32,000 nt of DNA from Nanobdella aerobiophila (GCF_023169545.1 NZ_AP019769.1:270001-302000); one strand, 5' to 3'; counted from the stretch's first letter, positions 16,110 to 25,026 are shown. Notes: a model not told the origin generated them from the sequence alone. Numbers and translations: made by a program.

Positions 16110-17522
16110 TTATTCTTGTAGACTTTTAATATTCTTTGTATGCAATTCTCTTATATCATTTATATTTAGATATAGCATTGCTAGTCTATCTATACCTAAA
16201 CCCCATGCTAATACAGGATAATCTATATTATATTGTCTTAATAATTCTTCTCTAAATACCCCTGCACCACCTATTTCTATTAATCCTAATTTAGGATGCT
16301 CTGCATATACTTCTACAGAAGGTTCTGTAAATGGAAAATATGCCGGATAGAATTTTACATTTTTTGCTTTTATTATATTTATAACTAAATCTCCTATTAT
16401 TCCCAATAATTCTATAAAATTTATATTATCATTCAATACTATACCTTCTAATTGATTGAATTCTATAAAATGTTTTGCATCTATAGTATCATATCTAAAT
16501 ACTTTATTTATTAGAAAATATTTTCCAGGTTTTTCAGGATTTAATAATGTTCTTGCAGATATTGCAGTATTATGAGATATCAACATTGGTTTTTTTGCTA
16601 TATCATTATTAAAATTTTTAAAGTATTTAATTTGTGTATTTTTTACTTTTTCAAATAAATCTTTTGGAAAATCTTCTATATTATTTATATTTTTAATATA
16701 AAAAGCATCCATAATTGATATATCACCTGCTGGATGATCTTGAGGAATAAATAATGTATCTATATTCCAAAAATGAGATAGTATTAAATCATAATTATCC
16801 ATCTCTTTAAAACCCATTGATATTAATTCATACCTTATATTATCTAAAAATTCCAAATATTTATTATATCTTCCAATATTTTCAGGTTTTACTTTAATAT
16901 TAATATCATATGGCCTAAATTTTTTATTTTTATATAATTTTTTATCAAATACTTCTTTATTATATTCTTCTATATAATTTTCAGGATTAAAGTCTCTTAT
17001 TTCTTTTAAACCATTTTCATTTATTTTTGCATAATAAAATATATCATCTTTTTCTTCTATTATACCTTTTCTATTCTTAAATTTATTTATTATTTCTTCA
17101 CTATAATTTCTATTTTTAATATCTATTAAATATTTGTCATCGGTCCCAATATCTTTTATAAATATAATTTTATTATTTTCTATTTTTATACAATTATTTT
17201 TCCTTAAAAATCCTATCGAATATGAAAATTCATTATTATCTAATAATTTTTTAGCCTCATCCATAGATATTTCTTTTTTATCTTTTAATATATCTAGTAG
17301 TCTTCTTTCTGGTAACTTAATATTGATATATTTTTCCCCTAGTTCGGTTAATACATATCTTTTTATTCTTTTTTCTTCTAAATCAATTAAATTTTTTTCT
17401 TTTAAGAATCCTAAAGCTCTTAAAACCTTATATTTATCTTCATTTAATTCTTTAGAAATTTCATTCAATTCTTTTTTATCATTTAATAATTTTAATATTT
17501 TATATTCGAATTCAGATATCAT
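16110..17522 (-). CDS. pheS: phenylalanine--tRNA ligase alpha subunit
   Basis: Class II motifs present: FRYDTIDAKHFIEFNQLEG, YFPFTEPSVEV, GAGVFREELL, AWGLGIDRLAML. The N-terminus carries winged-helix repeats, as in the archaeal enzyme. Confidence 0.95.
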   Translation of the reverse strand: MISEFEYKILKLLNDKKELNEISKELNEDKYKVLRALGFLKEKNLIDLEEKRIKRYVLTELGEKYINIKLPERRLLDILKDKKEISMDEAKKLLDNNEFSYSIGFLRKNNCIKIENNKIIFIKDIGTDDKYLIDIKNRNYSEEIINKFKNRKGIIEEKDDIFYYAKINENGLKEIRDFNPENYIEEYNKEVFDKKLYKNKKFRPYDINIKVKPENIGRYNKYLEFLDNIRYELISMGFKEMDNYDLILSHFWNIDTLFIPQDHPAGDISIMDAFYIKNINNIEDFPKDLFEKVKNTQIKYFKNFNNDIAKKPMLISHNTAISARTLLNPEKPGKYFLINKVFRYDTIDAKHFIEFNQLEGIVLNDNINFIELLGIIGDLVINIIKAKNVKFYPAYFPFTEPSVEVYAEHPKLGLIEIGGAGVFREELLRQYNIDYPVLAWGLGIDRLAMLYLNINDIRELHTKNIKSLQE

Positions 17523-19161
17523 AATTTATATATTTTATTAATTTTGATAAGTTTATTTCAAAACCTGATAATGGATACTTTATATCTATATTATCCAATA
17601 CTTCAGGATTTATATCACCTATCCATCCAATTATTTCATTATTTACAAGAATATTTCCTTGTCTACCTTCTATCAGGAATTTATAATTAGAAATATTCAT
17701 ATCGAATTTTATATTTAATTCATTAAATAATCTTTCTAAAACACTTTTGGAATCATTTATAGATACTTTATAATTAGAATATATATATAATAATGAATCT
17801 TCTTGATATAATCTATCCTTTAAATATGCTATCTTTCCAACTTCAAATATTTTTGCAGGAAATTTTATCTCTTTTGATTCTTGTAATAATTGTAAAAAGG
17901 ATGTTAATAATGATAATCTAATTGAATTATAATTATTAGATACGGGATTAATTATTTCTAATATATCTTTATCTTCTTTTAAAATATTGTTTATATCATA
18001 TGAAGATAATATGGGAGTATAAATTTCTATACAATTCATACTAACCATTAATTTTCTTATTAAATTTTGGAATTTTCTATTCTTATTTAATTCTCCTTTA
18101 GTATATATACTTAATTTTTTTGGTTTTAAATTATTATATCCATAAGAAATTAATATTTCTTCTATAATATCATATTCTGATAATAAATCGTCTCTATAAT
18201 TTAGATATCTTATCTTTAATCTATCATTATTTATAGAAGACTCAATTCTTTTCTTTAATAAATAATTTATAATCTCTTCGTCTTTTAAATCTAAACCTAA
18301 ATGTTTTTTTATTTTATTATAATCAAATTCTTTTTCTATTATTTTTATCTGTGGACTTATTATTTCTTTATTATCATATTTTATTTTTACAGAATATATT
18401 TCTCCTCCCCATTCATATAATGTTAATAATATTATATTTAATGCTATAATCATTTTTTCTAAATCAGTACCTGATATATCTATAAATATATTTCTTGTAT
18501 TGTTATCTAATTTACCTATCTTATTTGAATTAATAATTGGAGGCATTGATATAATATTATTATTGTTATCGATTAATATGGGATATTTATTATTTATTAT
18601 ATATCCATATTTTTTACCTACTTCTGTATTATTAATAATTTCTTTTAGTGATAATTCCTTATCATATCCTAATGGTATGAATTTTATATTTTCATCTGCT
18701 AATTTGTAATAAATAGGAAAATTAATTAAATCAAAATTGTGGGTTCCAATTGCAATTTTTTGTCTATTTCTTCCATAAGATTGTGATATTTTTTCTTGTA
18801 ATTGTATTAAATCTTTCAATCTATCATCATTTAAATTTACATTTTTTACTATAGCAGCTACTATATATGGTCTTATATCTTTTAGGTCTCTATCTACTAT
18901 AATTTGATAATCAGAATCATTTATTTTTATATTAGGTATGCCTTTTTCTATATCTAATATACCCTTTAATTCTCTAGCTATACCTGTATATGTATATAAA
19001 TCAGGTCTATTAAAATCTTTTATTTCTATCTTAGCATAATCATTATTTATATCATCTAATTCACATTTTATATTTAATAAATATTGTTCCAAATCTTCTT
19101 TAGACAAAAAGAGATTTAAGGATTTATATAGTTCTTTTAGCGATATATCTATTGTAGCCAT
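17512..19161 (-). CDS. pheT: phenylalanine--tRNA ligase beta subunit (archaeal type)
   Basis: 549 aa. N-terminal MATIDISLKELYK..., B3/4- and B5-like regions. Overlaps pheS by 11 nt, in the standard pheT-pheS arrangement. Confidence 0.9.
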   Translation of the reverse strand: MATIDISLKELYKSLNLFLSKEDLEQYLLNIKCELDDINNDYAKIEIKDFNRPDLYTYTGIARELKGILDIEKGIPNIKINDSDYQIIVDRDLKDIRPYIVAAIVKNVNLNDDRLKDLIQLQEKISQSYGRNRQKIAIGTHNFDLINFPIYYKLADENIKFIPLGYDKELSLKEIINNTEVGKKYGYIINNKYPILIDNNNNIISMPPIINSNKIGKLDNNTRNIFIDISGTDLEKMIIALNIILLTLYEWGGEIYSVKIKYDNKEIISPQIKIIEKEFDYNKIKKHLGLDLKDEEIINYLLKKRIESSINNDRLKIRYLNYRDDLLSEYDIIEEILISYGYNNLKPKKLSIYTKGELNKNRKFQNLIRKLMVSMNCIEIYTPILSSYDINNILKEDKDILEIINPVSNNYNSIRLSLLTSFLQLLQESKEIKFPAKIFEVGKIAYLKDRLYQEDSLLYIYSNYKVSINDSKSVLERLFNELNIKFDMNISNYKFLIEGRQGNILVNNEIIGWIGDINPEVLDNIDIKYPLSGFEINLSKLIKYINYDI

Positions 19162-19421
19162 TAAACTTCTATACCTAATTTCTTTAAAATTTCTTGTTCT
19201 TTATTTTTATTTCTTATATCCTTCTTAGAAATGCCTCTATATCTAGCACATGCAGGACAGATATATATCTTCATCGGGCTAGAAATAATCATACTTGGAG
19301 CCTGATCTCCAGTAATATCTGGTTTTAATCTAGCAGATATAGATAATTTTATTGCCTTATCCATCCTCGTCATTTTTCCACAATAATAACAAGAAGTATA
19401 CTGATATTTTTTATCTTTCAT
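19161..19421 (-). CDS. zinc-ribbon protein resembling ribosomal protein eS26
   Basis: CYYCGKMTRMDKAIK ... KIYICPACARYRG parallels eS26 C-x-x-C-x-x-x-V/P-x-DKAIK ... YC-x-x-CA-x-H. It lacks the basic N-terminal extension. Its stop overlaps the pheT start by 1 nt. Confidence 0.45.
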   Translation of the reverse strand: MKDKKYQYTSCYYCGKMTRMDKAIKLSISARLKPDITGDQAPSMIISSPMKIYICPACARYRGISKKDIRNKNKEQEILKKLGIEV

Positions 19422-19787
19422 GCTCTTATCATTTTATAATTATATATTATCTTAGCCATAGCTTTATATTATATAAGTAATATTTTTTAATTTTATACCG
19501 TAAAATCTCGGTTTATTTTATAAATCTTTTAAAATATTGTTATATTTTATAATGAAACTTTAAGGTAATTAAAAATCAAAAAGATATAAATTTTAAATGA
19601 TTTAGAATTAATGGTTGTAAAATATTATTAATGTCATTTATTTTAGATTCTATCAAACATTAATGAGCTAATAAGTATTATCTTCAATATTATATAATAA
19701 AAAATTCTATATATAGAAAATAAGATAATATAAAAAAGAATAGTCCGAATTTTGTTTATAATTTTAAAAATAGAATGAGAAAAGTTA

Positions 19788-20669
19788 TTATAATTTTCCT
19801 TCTAATACTGGTTTTATAATTTTTGTATAGAATAAATCAACTTTTTCTCCTATCTCTATTACATTTTTTCTTGTTTCTTCTCCTTTTATTATCTCTAATT
19901 TTTCTAATATATTTATATATGGTTTAAAAGTAGATTCAAGATCGATATTGAGAGGACGGTTTTTTGGAATATAATATATATTATTAAGTATTATATATTC
20001 TAATAATTTATAAAAATCATTAATGTTAACATGCCTCTTGGCAATCTCTTTTATTCTATAGGCAGACAAAGATCCTGTCTCTATTTCTCTATATACTTCT
20101 TTTGCTTTTTCCAAGTCTATAATATATATCTTATATTCATTTACATAATCATAATAATTTATAAATCCCTTTTCCTTTAATAGTTTTAAAATTTCATCTA
20201 TAGTATTTTTTGAGATATTGTATTCTTTTTTTAATTTATTTGGAATCTCTTCCCGAGTAAGTTTAATATTTTTATTTTCATATAAAAATTTTACTACTAT
20301 CATAATATGATAGAAGGTATTTTTATCTAATATTTTATCATCATACATATAAAGTTCAAATAAATTATAGAGGAAGTTACTTATTATATTTTGATACTTA
20401 TTTATATCTTCTTTAATATAGTATTTACCTTCTTCTTCCGAAACTAAACCAAATTTTTCTAGTCTTGATATATATGATCTATAAACTATTTTATCCAATG
20501 CTGCTAGTTTTAGATCATCATTTTGTAGTTTTTTAATGTATTCTTGAGTTGCTTTTTGCATTGTTTCTAATGTATGCGCTCCTGCCTCCAGAGAGAAGAC
20601 CAGATTTACAAAAAAATGATCCCTAGCAATCTGTAAGATCTTATCTAGAGTTTCAGAATAGGGACGCAT
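19788..20669 (-). CDS. hypothetical protein with winged-helix-like segments
   Basis: 293-aa ORF with an ATG start. Segments such as VYRSYISRLEKFGLVSEEEGKYYI and ISKNTIDEILKLLKEKGFINYY look like wHTH recognition helix plus wing. No family recognised. Confidence 0.55.
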   Translation of the reverse strand: MRPYSETLDKILQIARDHFFVNLVFSLEAGAHTLETMQKATQEYIKKLQNDDLKLAALDKIVYRSYISRLEKFGLVSEEEGKYYIKEDINKYQNIISNFLYNLFELYMYDDKILDKNTFYHIMIVVKFLYENKNIKLTREEIPNKLKKEYNISKNTIDEILKLLKEKGFINYYDYVNEYKIYIIDLEKAKEVYREIETGSLSAYRIKEIAKRHVNINDFYKLLEYIILNNIYYIPKNRPLNIDLESTFKPYINILEKLEIIKGEETRKNVIEIGEKVDLFYTKIIKPVLEGKL

Positions 20670-21067
20670 TATTTTTCTTTTTATAGTAAATTTTTAATTT
20701 TATAGAGTATGTGTGAAGATCCGTTCTATAACAAGGATAGTTCAATTACTATATATAGAATTTAGTTCATGTATGAACAAAAAATTTTTAGACAGTTTTT
20801 TATATATTCTATTCTTATATATTTTTAATAATAAATTTAAGATATATATAATATCTTTTTAATTTGTTATAATATTATTACCTTTTTTAGATTTTATTAA
20901 TAAAGATAAAACCCTGATCAATAGTTCCAAATATATCCGTATTCATAATAGATTTTCAAAATCTAGATAATATTTAATTAAATTATGTATAATTATATAT
21001 AAGATCATATTTATAATTACTACTATTATATAAATAATTTAAAAAAATATACTAGATATAAAGATTA

Positions 21068-21991
21068 ATGAATGATAAAGAGGATGATAGAGTATATATA
21101 TCAAAAGCATATGCTATAGTTAGAGATTCATTTACTAAAGCAGGTTTAGATCTATTATTGGATAGAGCAGATAGTATTTTTGATGGTTTAGAGTTATTAG
21201 ATTCAAATAAAATGATTATTGATGGGTTATCAAATATATTGGAAGGAAAAGAAGATGGTGGAGAATTATTGGTAGAAGGCTTGAGTCTTTCTGAAATAGG
21301 CAACGTGTCCTATTATCTTGTAAAAAGTTATGAAAAATTAAATAGAAAATTTGATAAGAATGCTTTTTTAACTTTATATGAAGGTTTTTCTTTTTTTCTA
21401 TCATATATATCTTCTTATATAGTTCCTAATGAAGAATTATCTTTTGAAAAATTAGTTGACATGACACTTTTTACAAGTTATAGTTCAGAAACGCTATCAT
21501 CATATTTATTAAGTAGATATATATTGAATGAAAGATATAAATCAAAACTATTAGAAAAGGATATATTGGATGCTCGTATAAATAGTACAAAAATAACTTG
21601 GATATTCAAGAGATTCGCGACAACATATTATAAATCGAATGATGATATAAAGGATATAAGACAGATTTTTAATGCCTTAAGTGATATGTCTATACTTAAC
21701 ATACCTATACTTCTTATAAGTTCATTTTTTGAAAAGAACAATGTAAAGATTTCAGAAGACTTTCCATATTTTGCAAATTATTTAGCAGGAATCTCTTTAG
21801 GATATATAAAAGATGGAGAGAAATATATTTCAGATTTAATTAATTTATATAAAGAATTTAATAAAGATGATATTGAAATGAATTATATAAGATATGCAAA
21901 AATATTATACGAAATTTTTGAAAATCCTGAAATAAAAGGAAATAAATATATAAGAAATTTGATGAGCCGCGGAGGGGACTCGAACCCCTGA
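21068..21991 (+). CDS. hypothetical all-helical protein (no His, no Cys)
   Basis: 307-aa ORF. The N-terminal ~80 aa are unusually G/D/L/E-rich, with [DE]GL-x-x-L repeats. The last 27 nt (SRGGDSNP) are the antisense of tRNA-Cys. Confidence 0.55.
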   Translation: MNDKEDDRVYISKAYAIVRDSFTKAGLDLLLDRADSIFDGLELLDSNKMIIDGLSNILEGKEDGGELLVEGLSLSEIGNVSYYLVKSYEKLNRKFDKNAFLTLYEGFSFFLSYISSYIVPNEELSFEKLVDMTLFTSYSSETLSSYLLSRYILNERYKSKLLEKDILDARINSTKITWIFKRFATTYYKSNDDIKDIRQIFNALSDMSILNIPILLISSFFEKNNVKISEDFPYFANYLAGISLGYIKDGEKYISDLINLYKEFNKDDIEMNYIRYAKILYEIFENPEIKGNKYIRNLMSRGGDSNP

Positions 21992-22039
21992 TAAAGAGGG
22001 TCTGCAGCCCTCCCCCTTGGGCCGCTCGGGCACCGCGGC
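21965..22039 (-). tRNA. tRNA-Cys (GCA)
   Basis: The minus strand reads GCCGCGG TG CCC GAGCGGCCCAA GGG G GAGGG CTGCAGA CCCTC TTTATC AGGGG TTCGAGT CCCCT CCGCGGC T. The discriminator U73 fits Cys identity. The variable loop is parsed as 6 nt, slightly unusual. Confidence 0.88.
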
Positions 22040-22109
22040 ATATTAAAAAAATTAAATATAAACTTTAAAAAAGGATAAATTTATTAATATATAATGGTAT
22101 ATCGGTCAA

Positions 22110-23681
22110 ATGGGGTTTCCAATTGATTTAAATTTTTTAAGAGAAAATAAAGAATTATATAGGGAAGTATTTAGAAAAAGAGGCTTAGATGAAAGCAAAG
22201 TAGATATAGCAATAGAATTAGATAATAAAAGGAAAGAATTGCAAAGGGATGTCGATAAATTAAAAAATAAGAAAAATATATTATCAAAGTTGTATGGTTT
22301 TGCATTAAGATATTTAAATAATAATATATCAAAAGAAGATTTTATTAAAAACGCAATAAATTTAGGATATGATATACACGAAGGAAATATAGATAGAGAA
22401 TTTTTAAACAAATTGCAAGAAGATATAAAAAATATAGATGTAGATATAAGTAAATTAGAAGAAACCTATAAAAATACAGAAGATAATTTAATAGATTTAT
22501 TATGGTCCTTTCCAAATATATTATCTTCAGAAGTACCTATAGGTGATGAGTCTTTAAATACTCCAATAAGATTTTGGGGAGTTCCTAGAGTATATGATAT
22601 AGATTTATTTAAAGAACAAACTGAAAAATTTGGATGGAAGATAATTGAATTAAATGAATTAGCAGAAAGATATATTAAAAATAAAGAATTATTAAATGAA
22701 ATAAATAAAATATTAGAAGATAAGGAAGATTTTAAAGAAATTAGTTTTAATGATATAATAGATTTTGAAAAATTAAATCAAGATAAAATAGTAGTATATA
22801 AAAAAATAGATCATGAATTAAAACATCAATATGATATATTAAGAGATTTTAATTTAGCAGATACTGATATTGCAGGTGAAGTTGCAGGATCAAGATTTTA
22901 CTATGAGTTTAATATATTATCATTATTAGATTTAGCATTAAGCATGGAAGGAATAAAATATATGATAAATAAAGGATATAAATTTACTATACCGCCATAC
23001 ATGTTAAAAAGAGATGTATTAGATGGTATTATTACTTTGGATGATTTTGCAGATATGATGTATAAAATTGATGGAGAAGATTTATATTTAATAGGTACAG
23101 CAGAGCATCCTATAACTGCATTATATTATAATACAATAATTGAAGAAAAAGATTTACCGATAAAAATTATAGGTTGGAGTCCATGTTTTAGAAAAGAAGC
23201 AGGTTCACATGGAAAAGATACAAAAGGATTATTTAGATTACATCAATTTCATAAAGTAGAACAATATATATTTTGTAAACCAGAAGATTCAGAAAAATAT
23301 CATCAAGAATTAATAAATAATTCTGAAGAATTCTTTGAAAAATTAAATATACCATATAGAAGAATTATTATAGCTTCTAAAGATATGGGAAAAAGAAATT
23401 ATAAACAATATGATATAGAAGGATGGTTCCCTGGACAGCAAAAATATAGAGAACTAGTATCCGGATCTAATGTTACAGATTGGCAATCTAGAAGATCCAA
23501 TATAAGATATCGAAAAAAAGATAATGATCTAGATTATGTACATACATTAAATTGTACATTGACTGCATTACAAAGAACAATAACATGCATATTAGAAAAT
23601 AATTATGATTATAAGAATAATAGAATATTAATACCAAAATTACTACAAAGCTATGTAGAAAAAGAATTTATAACTAAATAA
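22110..23681 (+). CDS. serS: serine--tRNA ligase (bacterial/common type) with two insertions
   Basis: Matching segments: LRENKELYREVFRKRGLD (N-terminal arm), GSRFYY, GTAEHP, SPCFRKEAGSHGKDTKGLFRLHQFHKVEQ, SGSNVTDWQSRR, HTLNCTLTALQRTITCILEN. At 523 aa it is longer than the usual ~425-455 aa. Confidence 0.95.
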   Translation: MGFPIDLNFLRENKELYREVFRKRGLDESKVDIAIELDNKRKELQRDVDKLKNKKNILSKLYGFALRYLNNNISKEDFIKNAINLGYDIHEGNIDREFLNKLQEDIKNIDVDISKLEETYKNTEDNLIDLLWSFPNILSSEVPIGDESLNTPIRFWGVPRVYDIDLFKEQTEKFGWKIIELNELAERYIKNKELLNEINKILEDKEDFKEISFNDIIDFEKLNQDKIVVYKKIDHELKHQYDILRDFNLADTDIAGEVAGSRFYYEFNILSLLDLALSMEGIKYMINKGYKFTIPPYMLKRDVLDGIITLDDFADMMYKIDGEDLYLIGTAEHPITALYYNTIIEEKDLPIKIIGWSPCFRKEAGSHGKDTKGLFRLHQFHKVEQYIFCKPEDSEKYHQELINNSEEFFEKLNIPYRRIIIASKDMGKRNYKQYDIEGWFPGQQKYRELVSGSNVTDWQSRRSNIRYRKKDNDLDYVHTLNCTLTALQRTITCILENNYDYKNNRILIPKLLQSYVEKEFITK

Positions 23682-23797
23682 AAACTTTTCTTATAATTAT
23701 TTTTAGAACATAAAATTTTAATAAATCTTCCAAATTTTTTATAAAGTTATTAACGAAGGAGGATCTTAATACCTTATAAATATATTATGATAGTTTA

Positions 23798-24076
23798 TTA
23801 CCTTGGGAATATTATAGGAATAATGGAAATATAAAGATAATGATAAAATATTTTATCTACACAATACAAGCTTAATAAAAAATATGAAAGCGTTTGGGTT
23901 ATATTTGTTGTTAAATTTGTTACATTAGTTACCGTTGGTGGTGTTGCTTTAGTTACATTTGTAGTTGTAACTGTTGATATATTAGTGGTGTTTGTTGATG
24001 AATATTGAACAGAAAATGCATATGCTCCTGGTATGAATGGTAGTAACCTATTTAATATATTTCTATTAATATTCAT
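23798..24076 (-). CDS. small putative secreted/anchored Thr/Asn-rich protein
   Basis: N-terminus MNINRNILNRLLPFIPGAYA-FSV is signal-like (A-x-A). It is followed by a T/N-rich stretch with at least 6 N-x-T/S sequons, then a hydrophobic C-terminus. Short ORF, so coding status is uncertain. Confidence 0.4.
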   Translation of the reverse strand: MNINRNILNRLLPFIPGAYAFSVQYSSTNTTNISTVTTTNVTKATPPTVTNVTNLTTNITQTLSYFLLSLYCVDKIFYHYLYISIIPIIFPR

Positions 24077-24149
24077 AAAAAATATTAAAAAAAATTATTT
24101 ATACATTTTTCCCCTATGACCTATATTAATTATATTTATTACCTTATTT

Positions 24150-24398
24150 TTAATAATCAATATCTAGTATAATTCTAAAGTCTCCTATTCTTAACCTACA
24201 TAATTCTAATTCAAAACTTTTTAGTTTTAGTTTCTTTATATCAAATATTTTATATAAGTTTCTTTCTCCTTTATTTAAATATTCCAATATTTCTTTTAAT
24301 TTTTCATTTAATCTTCCCTTTATTTGTTTATTATTAGAATCATTTAAAAATTTATTTACATCTTCTTTAAAATATATTCTCCATTTATTATAATTCAT
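24150..24398 (-). CDS. relE: RelE/ParE-family toxin, 3' frameshifted (conserved C-terminus continues in +1 frame to 24095)
   Basis: WRIYFKEDVNKFL...CRLRIGDFRIILDIDY matches the RelE core (R-x-R-x-G-D-[YF]-R). After the premature TAA (24150-24152), skipping one T gives KNKVINIINIGHRGKMYK-stop (stop at 24095-24097), the typical RelE/ParE C-terminal ..V.I..IGHR...Y. Confidence 0.75.
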   Translation of the reverse strand: MNYNKWRIYFKEDVNKFLNDSNNKQIKGRLNEKLKEILEYLNKGERNLYKIFDIKKLKLKSFELELCRLRIGDFRIILDIDY

Positions 24399-25026
24399 AT
24401 TCTACAAATTTCATATTCTTTAAATCCTCCTTTTTTAATATTTCTTCTATTTCCCTTTCTTCCTTATCAGATACATAATCAATTAAATCATCATATAGAT
24501 ACCATAAAGATAAATCTGTTTCATTTAATAGATCTTTAATATATTGATCATATTTTAATACTCTTTCTTTATTTTTCTTATATAACAAATACAATATCAT
24601 AATTTCTAATTGTTTATCTATTAATATCTTTTGTAATTCTGGTTTTTCAAAGAATTTTTTAATATATTCTTGTAATCCAAATTTTTCTAAATAATCATAC
24701 TTTAATAGATCTATATCAAATATTATTTTTAGCATATCTCTTTCCAATTTATCTTGAATATTTGGTAATATTTTATCATATTTATTTTCTATCATTTTTC
24801 TATCTATATTTAAAATAGTAATTTTTGTTTTTAATATTATTGTAAGAAAGATAATTAAGAAAAAATATAAATTATTTTTTATAGCATCTATTAGATTTTC
24901 TTTTTTTAACAAATTTTCTAAAAACTGATCTAATATATCTTTATTTTCTATTTCTGATAAAATATCCACTAATATAAAACTAAAAGAACTAGGAAGATTG
25001 TCTTTTACTATTACAGTTTCTGTCAT
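24388..25026 (-). CDS. hypothetical protein (212 aa) in antitoxin position upstream of relE-like gene
   Basis: ATG start. Overlaps the relE-like start by 11 nt. Acidic helical protein with one hydrophobic segment (LYFFLIIFLTIIL). No recognisable antitoxin DNA-binding fold by eye. Confidence 0.6.
   Translation of the reverse strand: MTETVIVKDNLPSSFSFILVDILSEIENKDILDQFLENLLKKENLIDAIKNNLYFFLIIFLTIILKTKITILNIDRKMIENKYDKILPNIQDKLERDMLKIIFDIDLLKYDYLEKFGLQEYIKKFFEKPELQKILIDKQLEIMILYLLYKKNKERVLKYDQYIKDLLNETDLSLWYLYDDLIDYVSDKEEREIEEILKKEDLKNMKFVEYEL

Noticed and set aside
19422-21067. Direct repeat of the tRNA-Cys 3' segment (att site) bounding the orphan gene pair
   Set aside because: I looked for GGAGGGGACTCGAACCCC-like strings in both spacers. 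Only a weak AGTCCGAAT at about 19743 was found, so there is no convincing attachment-site duplicate.
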